The notes: generated by a model not told the origin, from the sequence alone. Counted from the stretch's first letter, positions 45,774 to 56,304 are shown. The stretch: 64,000 nt of DNA from Kiloniellaceae bacterium (GCA_021776175.1 JAJFGJ010000036.1:247106-311105), one strand, 5' to 3'. Translations and numbers: made by a program.

Positions 45774-47270
45774 ATGACGACGAAGACGCCACAGCCATCG
45801 CTTGCACGCGCCGCGGCGGCGACCGGTGTCGAGCGCTCGACCGCCGAGGCGGTCAACAAGGCGTCTCAACGCCCACTCTATGAAAAACGGCGCAAGATCC
45901 ATCCCAAGGCGGCCCACGGCACCTTTCGCCGTCTCAAGTGGGCGATCATGGCCGTGACCCTGGCGATTTACTATCTCACGCCGTGGATCCGCTGGGATCG
46001 CGGGCCGAGCGCGCCGGAACAAGCGGTCCTGATCGACATTCCAGCCCGGCGCTTCTATTTCTTCTTCATCGAGATCTGGCCACAGGAGGTCTACTACCTG
46101 ACCGGCCTGTTGATCGTCGCCGCCCTGGCGCTTTTTCTCGCCACCTCTCTCTTCGGCCGCGTCTGGTGCGGCTATAGCTGTCCGCAGACCGTATGGACCG
46201 ACTTGTTCATCGCCGTTGAGTACATGTTGGAGGGTGACCGGGCTGCCCGTATCCGCGGCGATGCCATGCCCTGGACGGCGGCCAAGACCGCGCGCAAGGC
46301 GGTCAAACATGTGCTGTGGGTTGCCATCGCCGTTCTGACCGGCGGCGCCTGGGTGTTCTACTTCGCCGATGCACCCATCCTACTCGCGGACCTAGCGCGC
46401 TTTCAGGCGCCCCCGGTCGCTTATATCGCCATCGGGGGGTTGGCTTTTACTACCTATATGCTGGGCGGTATCGCGCGCGAGCAGATGTGCACGTACATGT
46501 GCCCGTGGCCAAGGCTTCAAGCCGCGATGGTGGACGAGGATTCCCTGGTCGTCACCTATCGGGAATACCGGGGCGAACCGCGCGGACTGCATCGAAAGAA
46601 TGAAACTTGGGAGGGCCGCGGCGATTGCATCGATTGCAACCAGTGCGTCGCCGTCTGCCCCATGGGCATCGACATTCGCGACGGGCAACAGCTCGAATGC
46701 ATTACCTGCGCGCTGTGTATCGATGCGTGCGATAGTGTTATGGGCAAGGTGGGCCGGCCGCGCGGACTGATCGCCTATGATACCTTGGCGAACTTGGATA
46801 ACCGGGCGGCTGGCCAGCCGCCGCGCCTACGCTTATTACGCTTGCGGCCGGCAATTTATGTCGCGCTGATTGCCGTTGTCAGTGTATTCATGCTGGTGAC
46901 GTTGGGCACCCGGGCGAATTTGGAACTCAACGTCCTGCGCGACCGCAACCCCCTGTACGTTACCCTGTCGGACGGCGGCGTGCGTAACGGCTATACTCTC
47001 AAGATCATTAACAAGCTGCATCGGACGCGCGCCTTGCGCTTATCCGCGACCGGGCCGCTGCCAACACGGGTGAGTGTGCTGGGCAACCCATCCACGGACG
47101 ATCCGGTGATGAATGTCGGCGCCGACCGGTTGGTCAGCTTTCGCGTCTTTCTGACCGTACCGGCCACCGCATTACAGGGCGAATCGACCGCTGTTGCCTT
47201 CGCTATCAGCGATTCGGCCACCGACACACAAGTGACCTACGACAGCGTCTTTCGTGGACCGGCGCAATGA
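45774..47270 (+). CDS. ccoG: Cytochrome c oxidase accessory protein CcoG/FixG (4Fe-4S ferredoxin-type membrane protein)
   Basis: 498 aa. It has GRVWCGYSCPQTVWTD and CIDCNQCVAVCPMGIDIR...CITCALCIDAC. Confidence 0.9.
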   Translation: MTTKTPQPSLARAAAATGVERSTAEAVNKASQRPLYEKRRKIHPKAAHGTFRRLKWAIMAVTLAIYYLTPWIRWDRGPSAPEQAVLIDIPARRFYFFFIEIWPQEVYYLTGLLIVAALALFLATSLFGRVWCGYSCPQTVWTDLFIAVEYMLEGDRAARIRGDAMPWTAAKTARKAVKHVLWVAIAVLTGGAWVFYFADAPILLADLARFQAPPVAYIAIGGLAFTTYMLGGIAREQMCTYMCPWPRLQAAMVDEDSLVVTYREYRGEPRGLHRKNETWEGRGDCIDCNQCVAVCPMGIDIRDGQQLECITCALCIDACDSVMGKVGRPRGLIAYDTLANLDNRAAGQPPRLRLLRLRPAIYVALIAVVSVFMLVTLGTRANLELNVLRDRNPLYVTLSDGGVRNGYTLKIINKLHRTRALRLSATGPLPTRVSVLGNPSTDDPVMNVGADRLVSFRVFLTVPATALQGESTAVAFAISDSATDTQVTYDSVFRGPAQ

Positions 47271-47761
47271 GTGTGCGGGGGGGTATAGTGCTGACCGGGC
47301 GACATGTGCTGATCGCCGTACTCGCCTTTTTCGGGGTGGTCATCGCCGCCAATGCGATTTTTATCGTGCTGGCGATACAAAGCTGGAGCGGCCTGAGCAC
47401 GGATGACGCATATCGGCGCGGGCTGGCCTACAATGAAACCCTGCGCCAGGCAGAAATACAACGCACCCTCGGGTGGCTGGCTCGCGCCGACTTGGTCCCA
47501 CTGTTGGATGGCCGGGCGCGCCTAGGCGTTGTCTTCACGGATCGCGACGATGTGCCGGTCGAGGGACTGGTTGTTCTTGGTCAGTTGCGCCGGCCATCGC
47601 ACGAGAGACTCGACCAGCCGGTGGAGTTGACCAGACAAGGCCCGGGCCATTACGGCACCGACCTGGATTTGCCTTTGCCGGGCCAGTGGGACCTGCGCCT
47701 GCGCGCCACTTCGCCAAGCGGCGAGATTTTCATCTTGGAGGACCGACTGTGGCTGAAGTGA
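47267..47761 (+). CDS. ccoH: FixH/CcoH family protein
   Basis: 164 aa. It has one N-terminal transmembrane helix (GRHVLIAVLAFFGVVIAANAIFIVLA) and sits in the conserved position between ccoG and ccoI. Its ATGA start overlaps the ccoG stop. Confidence 0.8.
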   Translation: MSVRGGIVLTGRHVLIAVLAFFGVVIAANAIFIVLAIQSWSGLSTDDAYRRGLAYNETLRQAEIQRTLGWLARADLVPLLDGRARLGVVFTDRDDVPVEGLVVLGQLRRPSHERLDQPVELTRQGPGHYGTDLDLPLPGQWDLRLRATSPSGEIFILEDRLWLK

Positions 47762-49995
47762 CCAGTGCCAGCCCACCCGGTGCCGACACACCCCCGTCCA
47801 GCACCATGCCGACGGCCGATCCGGGACTCTTCGCGCGCGCGCTGGCAGATGGCACCGCCGAGTTGACCCTGGTGGTCGAGAACCTGCATTGCCCGAGTTG
47901 CATTCCGCGTATCGAGGGCGCCTTGCTAGGGCGGCCCGGCGTGGTCGAGGCACGGGTCAATTTGAGCACCCGGCGCTTGCGCCTTCGTTGGCGCGGCAAC
48001 GCGGACGAAGCCGCGGCCCTGCTTGAACCGGTGGTGGAGCAGGGCTTCCGCCTGGCCCCGTTCGATCCAGATATCGAGGAGGCACCGCACGAGGCCATGC
48101 GCCGGACCCTGCTGCGCGCCCTAGCAGTGGCAGGTTTCGCCGCCGGCAACGTGATGTTGCTATCGGTCGCGGTGTGGGGTGGCCTGGTTTCCGATATGGG
48201 CGAGGCAACGCGCGGCCTCTTGCATTGGGTCTCGGCGCTTATCGCTCTGCCGGCGGTCACTTACGCCGGGCGCCCGTTTTTTGGTTCGGCAATCGCGGCC
48301 CTGCGCGGTGGCCGACTGAACATGGATGTGCCGATCTCCTTGGCCGTGCTGCTGACCACCGCCATGAGCCTGTTCGAGACTATGCGCGGTGGACCACTGG
48401 TTTATTTCGATGCGGCGACGATGCTTCTCTTCTTCCTACTTATCGGCCGCTATTTGGATATGGGGGTACGGGGCCGCGTGCGCTCGGCGGCGGAGAACCT
48501 ATTGGCGCTCCAAGCGCGCACGGCGATCGTGATCGAAGCCCACGGGCAGCGGCGCGCCATCGCCACGGCTGAGCTGCGCATCGGGGATCGCGTTGCCGTG
48601 GCGGCGGGCGAGCGGGTCCCCGTCGACGGCCGCATCGCCGCCGGCCGATCCGAGATCGATACCAGTCTGGTCACCGGCGAGAGCCTGCCGTGCCCAGCAG
48701 GGCCCGGCGGCGAGATCTTCGCTGGAACCTTGAACCTGAGCGCGCCGCTGGAGATTGAGGTCTCGGCAGTGGGCGAGGGCACCTTGCTAGCCGAAATCGC
48801 GCGCCTAATGGACTCGGCGGAACAGGGCCGCGCCCGCTACGTGCGTCTCGCCGACTGGGCGGCGAGAATCTATGCGCCGACGGTGCACGTGCTGGCGTTC
48901 GCCACCTTTCTCGGCTGGATGCTGTTCGCCGGGACTGCCTGGCAGAGCGCACTGATGACCGCTGTCGCCGTGCTCATCATCACTTGCCCCTGTGCCTTGG
49001 GCCTAGCCGTACCGGCGGTGCAAGTCACCGCCGTCGCCCGCCTGCTGCGCCGCGGTGTATTGGTCAAGTCGGCGGACGGGCTGGAGCGCTTGGCGCATAT
49101 CGACGCCGTGGCATTCGACAAGACCGGAACCCTAACCCTGGGCCGGCCAGAGCTAGTGAACGGCGATAAAATCGCCCCCGCCGACTTACGCCTAGCGGCC
49201 TCGCTCGCATGCGCCAGCCAGCATCCCCTGGCACGTGCCGTGTACCGCGCCGCCGGGCCGGTGCCGGCGGCCACCGGGGAGGTGCGCGAGGAGCCGGGTA
49301 TGGGCTTAACGGCCAAGCTCGGCGGGCAAGAGATACGCCTGGGAAACCGAATCTGGTGCGGCGTTTCCGAGGCTGGCGCGTCAAGGGCCACGGAAATGGA
49401 GCTCTGGCTGACAGCTCCGAATCAACCGCCGGTGCGCTTCGCCTTTCGCGACGCACCGCGCGCCGATGCGGGCGCCCTGAACGCCTGGCTGCGGGCGCGG
49501 GAACTGCCGGTTACGCTTCTTTCGGGGGATCGCCCGGCGGCGGTGCGCGAACTGGCCGGGATGCTTGGCATCGCCGATTGGCACGCGGACTGCAGGCCGG
49601 CCGACAAGATAGCCCGTCTCGCGGAGTTGGCAGCGGCAGGACACAAAGTGTTGATGGTAGGCGATGGCTTGAACGACGCACCTGCACTGGCCGCCGCGTT
49701 CGTCTCGGCATCGCCGGCGGAAGCGGCGGATATTAGCCAGACCGCCGCCGACGTGATCCTGCAGGGCGACGGCTTGGCGCCCTTGGCCGAGGCCATACGC
49801 GTGGCCCGCTTGTCGCGCCGGCTGGTGCTGCAGAATTTTTCCCTGGCGTTTGGCTACAACGCCATCGCCGTCCCACTGGCCGTTGCCGGATTGGTGACAC
49901 CGCTGATCGCGGCGGCGGCTATGTCCGCGTCCTCGATCGTGGTGACACTGAACGCGCTACGGCTGAACGTCTTGCAGCGGGGACGAACACCATGA
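47758..49995 (+). CDS. ccoI: Copper-translocating P1B-type ATPase CcoI/FixI
   Basis: Track ORF 47473..49995. I place the start at the GTG at 47758, which overlaps the ccoH stop (GTGA); in-frame GTG 47749 and a downstream ATG are alternatives. It has an HMA domain (CPSCIPRIEGAL), the CPC motif (ITCPCALGLAVP), DKTGTLT and GDGLNDAPAL. Confidence 0.85.
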   Translation: MTSASPPGADTPPSSTMPTADPGLFARALADGTAELTLVVENLHCPSCIPRIEGALLGRPGVVEARVNLSTRRLRLRWRGNADEAAALLEPVVEQGFRLAPFDPDIEEAPHEAMRRTLLRALAVAGFAAGNVMLLSVAVWGGLVSDMGEATRGLLHWVSALIALPAVTYAGRPFFGSAIAALRGGRLNMDVPISLAVLLTTAMSLFETMRGGPLVYFDAATMLLFFLLIGRYLDMGVRGRVRSAAENLLALQARTAIVIEAHGQRRAIATAELRIGDRVAVAAGERVPVDGRIAAGRSEIDTSLVTGESLPCPAGPGGEIFAGTLNLSAPLEIEVSAVGEGTLLAEIARLMDSAEQGRARYVRLADWAARIYAPTVHVLAFATFLGWMLFAGTAWQSALMTAVAVLIITCPCALGLAVPAVQVTAVARLLRRGVLVKSADGLERLAHIDAVAFDKTGTLTLGRPELVNGDKIAPADLRLAASLACASQHPLARAVYRAAGPVPAATGEVREEPGMGLTAKLGGQEIRLGNRIWCGVSEAGASRATEMELWLTAPNQPPVRFAFRDAPRADAGALNAWLRARELPVTLLSGDRPAAVRELAGMLGIADWHADCRPADKIARLAELAAAGHKVLMVGDGLNDAPALAAAFVSASPAEAADISQTAADVILQGDGLAPLAEAIRVARLSRRLVLQNFSLAFGYNAIAVPLAVAGLVTPLIAAAAMSASSIVVTLNALRLNVLQRGRTP

Positions 49996-50216
49996 CGGTC
50001 TTGGTCTATCTGATTCCGGCGGCGCTGTTTCTCGGGGTGCTTGGCCTGGGGGCGTTCCTGTGGGCGCTAAAGTCGGACCAATTCGACGATCTCGATGGGG
50101 CTGCTCACCGAATCCTGTTCGACGATGGGGATACCCCTCTTCCTAGGCGTCGATCAAATCGCGATAAGCGTGCCAAGCGAAAGCGGCCGGTTACAAATGG
50201 CGTTGACCGGTCATAA
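49992..50216 (+). CDS. ccoS: cbb3 oxidase maturation protein CcoS/FixS
   Basis: 74 aa. VLVYLIPAALFLGVLGLGAFLWALKSDQFDDLDGAAHRILFDD is the FixS consensus. Its ATGA start overlaps the ccoI stop. Confidence 0.85.
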   Translation: MTVLVYLIPAALFLGVLGLGAFLWALKSDQFDDLDGAAHRILFDDGDTPLPRRRSNRDKRAKRKRPVTNGVDRS

Positions 50217-50563
50217 CGATTCCATGCCGACGGCTCGTCGCAACCAGTGACGGCCTCCTCAGATAACGATGACCATTTCATCGAGGCACCGTTAAACTGC
50301 TCGGCTTGAGCCGAATACAGCGCGGCAAACGAAGAAAATTGATCCCATTCCGGCGTGCTGTACAGAAAAGACGGTTGAAGGCAGGGCGCTTAACGTGACA
50401 ATACCGTCGATGCACCCCCGTATCGGGAAAGAGGTGCTCGGAGAGATTGACGGGGCACGGGCTCAAGTCGACATCGTCGGCCGCCTATTCGCCGCTACGA
50501 CGCAATCCGCCGCATCCTTTGAACCCAAGGGCCGAAGGATGCGGATACAAAAGAGGGCGCGGC

Positions 50564-51751
50564 ATGACCGAAAGTTTTGACGCCATCGTCGTGGGGGCCG
50601 GCATCGTTGGCGCCGCGACCGCCTTTCATTTGGCCAAGCTCGGCAATCTCAAGGTTTGCGTTCTCGACCAGGCCGGGGCCTGCGAGGGCGGGACGGGCAA
50701 GAGTTGCGCCATCGTTCGAAGCCACTACTCAGTGGTCTCCAATACCGCGCTGACCCTGAAAAGCCTCGATATATTCGCCAACTTCAAGGACTGGCTGGAA
50801 TACGGCGAGGCGGAAAGCGGCTTCGTCAATACCGGTTATCTGATTCTCGGGTCGGAGGGCCCGCGCGCGGAGGCGATGCGGACCGCTCTACGGGGCCAGC
50901 AAGGCGTTGGCGCGGAGACCTGGGAGCTGAGCCTGGCGGAGGTTCGCGAGAAGCATCCGCATCTGTTTCTGGATGACATCGCGATCGCCGCTTACGAACC
51001 GGACTCCGGCTATGCCGACCCCTACCTGACGACCATGAGTTTTCTCAACGCGGCGCGAAAAAAAGGCGTCACGGTTCGGACCAACGAAGCCGTAACCGCG
51101 GTGCGTGTCGCGGGCGATCGCGTTGTCGGCGTCGAAACCGGGAACGGTTCCTTATCGGCGCCGGTCGTCGTCCTGGCTTGTGGCCCCTGGTCGAGGACCT
51201 TGGCGGAACCGCTCGGCCTGGATCTACGGCTTGAAGTATCCCAGCACGCGGTCCTAACCTTTGCCGCTGATACCGCTTATGACGGCCGCTATCCGATCGT
51301 CAAGGACATGAACACCGCGAACAAAATGTACTTCCGCCCGGCGAACGGGGGCGTGGCGCTGGTCGGGACCGGGGACCATGGCCGGCACATCGCGGATCCC
51401 GATGAACTGGACGGGAACCTGCCGGATGACTTCATCCTGCTGCAAGGCGGCCAGTTGAGCCGGAGGATGCCCAACTTCGCGAACGCCCGGCTGACCGCGA
51501 GCTGGGTCGGCGCCTACGACATTACCCCGGATTGGAATCCCGTGCTCGGCCTGGTGCCAGGCATAGAGGGCCTGTCGCTCAACTACGGATTTTCGGGGCA
51601 CGGATTCAAGCTGGCCCCGGCCATAGGCATGCTGCTGGCGCAGGAGATCTTGGACCAGCCACGAAGCATCGATATCTCCGCCTACGATATCGGCCGCTTC
51701 ACTCGCACCGACCTTTTGGTCGGTGCTTATGGCGAAGGATCGATTTCCTGA
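50564..51751 (+). CDS. FAD-dependent oxidoreductase (DAO/sarcosine-oxidase-beta-like)
   Basis: In-frame ATG (MTESFDAIVVGAGIVGAATAFHLAKLG) inside track ORF 50447..51751. It has a dinucleotide-binding fold followed by a DAO-like domain. Confidence 0.8.
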   Translation: MTESFDAIVVGAGIVGAATAFHLAKLGNLKVCVLDQAGACEGGTGKSCAIVRSHYSVVSNTALTLKSLDIFANFKDWLEYGEAESGFVNTGYLILGSEGPRAEAMRTALRGQQGVGAETWELSLAEVREKHPHLFLDDIAIAAYEPDSGYADPYLTTMSFLNAARKKGVTVRTNEAVTAVRVAGDRVVGVETGNGSLSAPVVVLACGPWSRTLAEPLGLDLRLEVSQHAVLTFAADTAYDGRYPIVKDMNTANKMYFRPANGGVALVGTGDHGRHIADPDELDGNLPDDFILLQGGQLSRRMPNFANARLTASWVGAYDITPDWNPVLGLVPGIEGLSLNYGFSGHGFKLAPAIGMLLAQEILDQPRSIDISAYDIGRFTRTDLLVGAYGEGSIS

Positions 51752-51781
51752 ATCGGCATTGGTCACGTTATCCGGCGACGG

Positions 51782-52552
51782 TCAGGCACGCACAAGAGCT
51801 GGTCGATCCAAATTTTTTTCCCGGACCCCGGCCGCATCCATGACACGCTTGAAAAGACTACCAAACCCAGGCTTCACCTCGGCCACGCCGAGGATGCGCA
51901 AGCAATCGGCGAAAGTGGCTTGGTTCGCCGAGATCACGGGCTTGCCGAGATCGGCCTCAAGCGTCTCCAGGATCTCGATGGTACGGAACCCGGTGCAGGA
52001 TATGAATACTGCCTCCGCCCGATCATCGTCGACCTCCCGCGCGCGGCAATAGGCCACCTGGGGCTCGCATTCCTGAATATCCGAGGTGTCGACCAACCCG
52101 CCGCCCTTGGCGCGCGTAACCTCGAATCCATGATCTTCGAGAAACTTGACTTCGAGCGCGTTTATCTCCTCGGTATAGGGCGTCGCCAAGGCGATACGCC
52201 GTACCTTGAGCAACCTCAAAGCCCTCAAAACGGCGGTCGTGGTCGTGGTCGCAGGCAGGCAGGCCGCGTCCTCGATCCGCCGGATCAGGCCCTCATCGTA
52301 GCCTTTGCCGCCAACGAAAGAACCGGAGGTGCAGCCAAATGCGAGTACCCCCGGGCGGGTACTCACCAAGCCTTCCGCGCTACGGACGGCGTCCTCATTC
52401 ATCTCGCGGAGGCTCTCGGGCGTCACATCCTTGAGATAGACCCGGTTCGCATGAACCGATACACCTTCCGGGCAGAGGCGAAAGAACTCGGACTCCATGG
52501 TGGTATTCCCCGTGGGAACCATGAGGCCGATCCGGCCACACCAACCGTACAT
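51782..52552 (-). CDS. Asp/Glu/hydantoin-racemase superfamily protein, maleate cis-trans isomerase/arylmalonate decarboxylase-like
   Basis: In-frame ATG (MYGWCGRIGLMVPTGNTTMESEF) inside track ORF 51782..52876. Both catalytic-type cysteines are present (FGCTSGSF and ISCTGFR). Confidence 0.75.
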   Translation of the reverse strand: MYGWCGRIGLMVPTGNTTMESEFFRLCPEGVSVHANRVYLKDVTPESLREMNEDAVRSAEGLVSTRPGVLAFGCTSGSFVGGKGYDEGLIRRIEDAACLPATTTTTAVLRALRLLKVRRIALATPYTEEINALEVKFLEDHGFEVTRAKGGGLVDTSDIQECEPQVAYCRAREVDDDRAEAVFISCTGFRTIEILETLEADLGKPVISANQATFADCLRILGVAEVKPGFGSLFKRVMDAAGVREKNLDRPALVRA

Positions 52553-52583
52553 AGTTATTCTCCCCTGCCTGCGGCCTTTTCGC

Positions 52584-53189
52584 TTATTCCGCCGCCCCGG
52601 ACACCTCATCATGGTGCGGCAAGTCCGCTTCGCTCGCCCCGGCTGCCAGCATATCGTGGATGACGCCATCCTCCATGCCAATCTGCAACGCATCGTTGAA
52701 GCGGTTGAAGAAACCGCAGAGGGCAGTGCGCAACGTGAGTTCCACGATCTGCGCCTCGGTAAAGTGCTTTTTGAGATCCTCGAAGATCGCATCGCGCATG
52801 TACTGAGGCTTGGTGGTGACCTGTACCGCGTAGTCGCGGACCAGACGATCCACTTCATCAAGGCCCGGGCAATCATCCTCCAGGATATTGGAAATGGTCA
52901 CGGCTTCTAGGCCCTGATCGACCAGGCGGGGCGCATGGTGCGCCACGCAATATTTACACTCGTTGAGCTTAGAGACCACGACCAGAGCAATCTCAAGATA
53001 ACGCTTCGGCAATACGGCCTCATCGGCAAGTTCGAGCAGCATGCCCATGAGGTGCTTGACCGCAACCGGGCGGTGAGCGAACACCTTCACTTGGTTGATG
53101 AACGGGCCGTAATCCTCGGCGAAGCGCCGGTATGTCGGCCTTACCTCCTCGGGAACCTCGTCGATTTCAATGTCGCGAACGCGGGCCAT
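52584..53189 (-). CDS. Carboxymuconolactone decarboxylase (AhpD-like) family protein
   Basis: In-frame ATG after GAGGAG (MARVRDIEIDEVPEEVRPTY) inside track ORF 52584..53321. It has the CxxC-H motif NECKYCVAHH. Confidence 0.75.
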   Translation of the reverse strand: MARVRDIEIDEVPEEVRPTYRRFAEDYGPFINQVKVFAHRPVAVKHLMGMLLELADEAVLPKRYLEIALVVVSKLNECKYCVAHHAPRLVDQGLEAVTISNILEDDCPGLDEVDRLVRDYAVQVTTKPQYMRDAIFEDLKKHFTEAQIVELTLRTALCGFFNRFNDALQIGMEDGVIHDMLAAGASEADLPHHDEVSGAAE

Positions 53190-53263
53190 GTAAGGTCTCC
53201 TCTTGCTTGACGGGCTCCGGCTCCGGCGCCGCCATTGGACGCCGGAACCCCCTTTTCCCATAG

Positions 53264-54493
53264 TTAGGATGCGCTGGCGATGGTTTCGATCACGACGTCC
53301 TTGCCGTCCTTGATCTCCCAAAGAACGAAGTCGCGGGATTTCAACACGCCGCTCGGCGACTTGAAATCGACGTCCGAACTAGCCCCGGAAAAGTTGATCT
53401 CCTCGCCGGCTTCGAGCGCCGCAAGACCGTCCAGGACGTTGGTTACCGCCGTTCCGGGTCCGTTGGAGATCTTATGGATGTGCTCCCGCACCTTGGCCAC
53501 ATCGTCGGTGCCGGCACTGGCCATGGCGAGCAGCAGAACACTCATCTGATCGTGGCCGGCGGTTCCGAAGGGATGCTGAATCGCACCCGTATCCTTCAAG
53601 CCCGCGAACTTCAGATAATCCTTGTAGGCGGCGCTGGCGAGGGAAGGCGCCGGCAGGCCGTGCAGGATACCGTCCGCCGCCGCGCCGACGACCTTTTTGA
53701 ACTTGCTGCCCGTGGAAATCGAGACCGTGATGACCTTGCCTTCATAGCCCTGGCGGAAGAGCTCCTTGTAGACGGAGGTGAAGTCGGTCACGTAGCTCGG
53801 GATGAAAACGGCCTCCGGCTCGTCTGCGATCAGCTTGGACACTTCAGCACGATAGGATGACTGGCCGCCGTTGTAATAGAACGGATCGTTCGAAACCTTC
53901 GCCCCGCCGGCCTTTACCTTGTCGACGAAGGTATCGACCATGGACTTGGTGAAATCGTTATTCAACGCCATGACCGAATACGTCTTGTAGCCGCGGCGCA
54001 AGGCCAGATCCGCCAGGGCGTCGCCCCAAATCGGGCTCAGGACCATGAAATTGAAGACCAGCCCCTTCTTGTCCTTGAGCGGGATATTGGCCGAGGACGA
54101 GGTGCACATCTGGATGACGTTCGCCTCCTGACAGAGCGGCATGATGCCGAGCGTCACCGAGGACGACCAGGTGCCGAGGACTCCGATCACCTTGTTGACG
54201 TCAACCAGCTTGCGCGCCGCGCGGATCGCCGTTTCCGGATTGGTCTCGCTGTTTTCCTGATGCAGCGCGATTTCCCGGCCCAGAACACCGCCCTTCGCAT
54301 TGGCCATCTCGGCCACCAGCTTATGGGCGGCGGTGATATTGGGGCCAAAGGGACCACCGCCGCCCGTATTGGGTGTCAAACTGCCGACAGAGATCGGCGC
54401 CGAACCGAGTGCTAGGCGCGGCAGCAGAGCAGTGGTGAAAGTGAGCGCGGCCGATGTGCCGAGCAATCGCCGGCGTGAAATGGCACTTTTCAT
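53264..54493 (-). CDS. ABC transporter substrate-binding protein, LivJ/branched-chain amino-acid type (family 4)
   Basis: 409 aa. It has a Tat/Sec-like signal (RRRLLGTSAALTFTTALLPRLALG) and a periplasmic-binding type I fold pattern. Confidence 0.85.
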   Translation of the reverse strand: MKSAISRRRLLGTSAALTFTTALLPRLALGSAPISVGSLTPNTGGGGPFGPNITAAHKLVAEMANAKGGVLGREIALHQENSETNPETAIRAARKLVDVNKVIGVLGTWSSSVTLGIMPLCQEANVIQMCTSSSANIPLKDKKGLVFNFMVLSPIWGDALADLALRRGYKTYSVMALNNDFTKSMVDTFVDKVKAGGAKVSNDPFYYNGGQSSYRAEVSKLIADEPEAVFIPSYVTDFTSVYKELFRQGYEGKVITVSISTGSKFKKVVGAAADGILHGLPAPSLASAAYKDYLKFAGLKDTGAIQHPFGTAGHDQMSVLLLAMASAGTDDVAKVREHIHKISNGPGTAVTNVLDGLAALEAGEEINFSGASSDVDFKSPSGVLKSRDFVLWEIKDGKDVVIETIASAS

Positions 54494-54528
54494 GTTAGCC
54501 TCTCTTGTTTGAGTTTTGAATATTTATA

Positions 54529-55434
54529 CTAAATCTCACTTGGGCCCTTGAACCTCTCCTCTGGCATGAGGCCTTGAGGCCGAAACCGGATCACGAGGAT
54601 CAAAAGCACGCCGATCAAAATGATCCGAATGGCCGATGCCTTTTCGGCATCCATGAAGGAAATGAACTCGCCGAGAAAACGAGACCCCTCCAGAAACATC
54701 ATCACCAAGCCGGCGCCCAGAAGCAGCCCCTTATTGTTGCCCGCGCCGCCGGCGATCACGGACATCCAGATAAAGATAGCAACCACCGGCGTGAAGTGAT
54801 CCGGGCTGATGTTCTGCGTGTAGTGGGCATAAAGGGCTCCGGCCACGGCCATGTAAAGCGCGCCGAGTCCAAAAATCTGAATACGAATGCGTAGAACGTT
54901 CTTACCCAGCACCTCGGCTACCACGTCGTCCTCGCGGATCGCCTTGGCGGCACGGCCGTAGGGTGAGCGGCGGATACGCTCGTTCACAAGAAACGCGATA
55001 AGGACGGCGGACGCCACAATACCCAGATAAAATATCGCATAACCGTCACGGTCGAAGACGCCCGACAACGGACGCACATCAATGGGCAAGCCCCGCGGTC
55101 CCCTGGTCAGCCAATCTTCGTTGAGCGCGAAGAGCCGCACCAATTCCGCGAATCCCAAGGTGACGATAGCCAGGAAATCGTCGCGCAGGCGTACGGAAAG
55201 ATAGGATAGGGCCACGCCGAAGACCAGCCCCACGACAGCGGCGGCCGCCACGCCGAACAGGAAGGGCCATCCGGCCTCGACCGTCAGCAAGCCGCTGGTA
55301 TAGGCGCCCAAGGCATAGAAGCCGGCAATGCCGAAATTCACCATGCCCGTCATACCCCACTGAAGATTCAACGCCAGTGCCAGGATCATGAAAAACCCAA
55401 CGAAGGTGGTCATGGAGATGAGGTAGGACAACAT
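54529..55434 (-). CDS. Branched-chain amino-acid-type ABC permease (LivM-like)
   Basis: 301 aa, multi-pass membrane protein. It has LALNLQWGMTGMVNFGIAGFYALGAY. Confidence 0.88.
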   Translation of the reverse strand: MLSYLISMTTFVGFFMILALALNLQWGMTGMVNFGIAGFYALGAYTSGLLTVEAGWPFLFGVAAAAVVGLVFGVALSYLSVRLRDDFLAIVTLGFAELVRLFALNEDWLTRGPRGLPIDVRPLSGVFDRDGYAIFYLGIVASAVLIAFLVNERIRRSPYGRAAKAIREDDVVAEVLGKNVLRIRIQIFGLGALYMAVAGALYAHYTQNISPDHFTPVVAIFIWMSVIAGGAGNNKGLLLGAGLVMMFLEGSRFLGEFISFMDAEKASAIRIILIGVLLILVIRFRPQGLMPEERFKGPSEI

Positions 55435-55443
55435 CTCACCACC

Positions 55444-56304
55444 TCATTTCTTAATTTCGGGCTGGCCAAAAAGGCCTTGTGGTCGAAACAGCAACAAAAC
55501 GGCGATAATCACGAAACCCACGCCGACCTTGTAGGCCGGGTCGAACCAAAGCGCCGTCATTTCCTCGGCCAAGCCGACCAGAACGGCTCCGGCCATCGCA
55601 CCATAAGGAGAACCGATACCTCCCAAAATCGCGGCGGCGAAGACCGGGATCGTAAGGTGCCAACCGATCAGCGGTTCGATCACCAGATCGAGCCCCGCCA
55701 GAAACCCTGCCAGCCCCGCCAATGCGCCGCCGATAAGCCAAGTAGCGGCAATGACTTTGTCGGTGTCAATACCGCGCACCTCGGCCAGGGTGAAGTTGTC
55801 CGCAGTCGCCCGCATGGCTTTACCGAGCTTGGTGAACTTCAATATCGCGTGCATGGCGAACATAGCCGCGACCGCCAAAGCTATGAGGTAAAGTTGCTCG
55901 GAGGTAAACATAAGTCCAGATAGTTTGACCGGGCGTGTGAGCGGTATGTCGAAACCACGCACATCGTTGCCGGCGATAAAGCGTATGACGTTTTCGAGGA
56001 TAAGACTGAGCGCTATCGAGACAACCAGCAGCGAAATGGGCGGAAACTGCCGCATGGGCCGGAATACCACCAGATCGGTAAGCCAAACCACGAGGGCCGT
56101 GACCGCAATGCCGCCGAGCATGGCAAGCGCAATGTGCCAGCCGGCGACCTGGTCGAAGAACAGAATCGCGAAAGCGCCGATCGTGATGTAGGCACCGATC
56201 GCGAAATTCGGAAAGCGCAGGATCCCAAACATCAAAGTGAAACCAATCGCGCCAGGCGCGAGAATAGCGCCAGTGACGAGGCCATTGAACAAGACCTGGA
56301 GCAT
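55444..56304 (-). CDS. Branched-chain amino-acid-type ABC permease (LivH-like)
   Basis: 286 aa. It has MLQVLFNGLVTGAILAPGAIGFTLMFGILRFPNFA. Confidence 0.88.
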   Translation of the reverse strand: MLQVLFNGLVTGAILAPGAIGFTLMFGILRFPNFAIGAYITIGAFAILFFDQVAGWHIALAMLGGIAVTALVVWLTDLVVFRPMRQFPPISLLVVSIALSLILENVIRFIAGNDVRGFDIPLTRPVKLSGLMFTSEQLYLIALAVAAMFAMHAILKFTKLGKAMRATADNFTLAEVRGIDTDKVIAATWLIGGALAGLAGFLAGLDLVIEPLIGWHLTIPVFAAAILGGIGSPYGAMAGAVLVGLAEEMTALWFDPAYKVGVGFVIIAVLLLFRPQGLFGQPEIKK

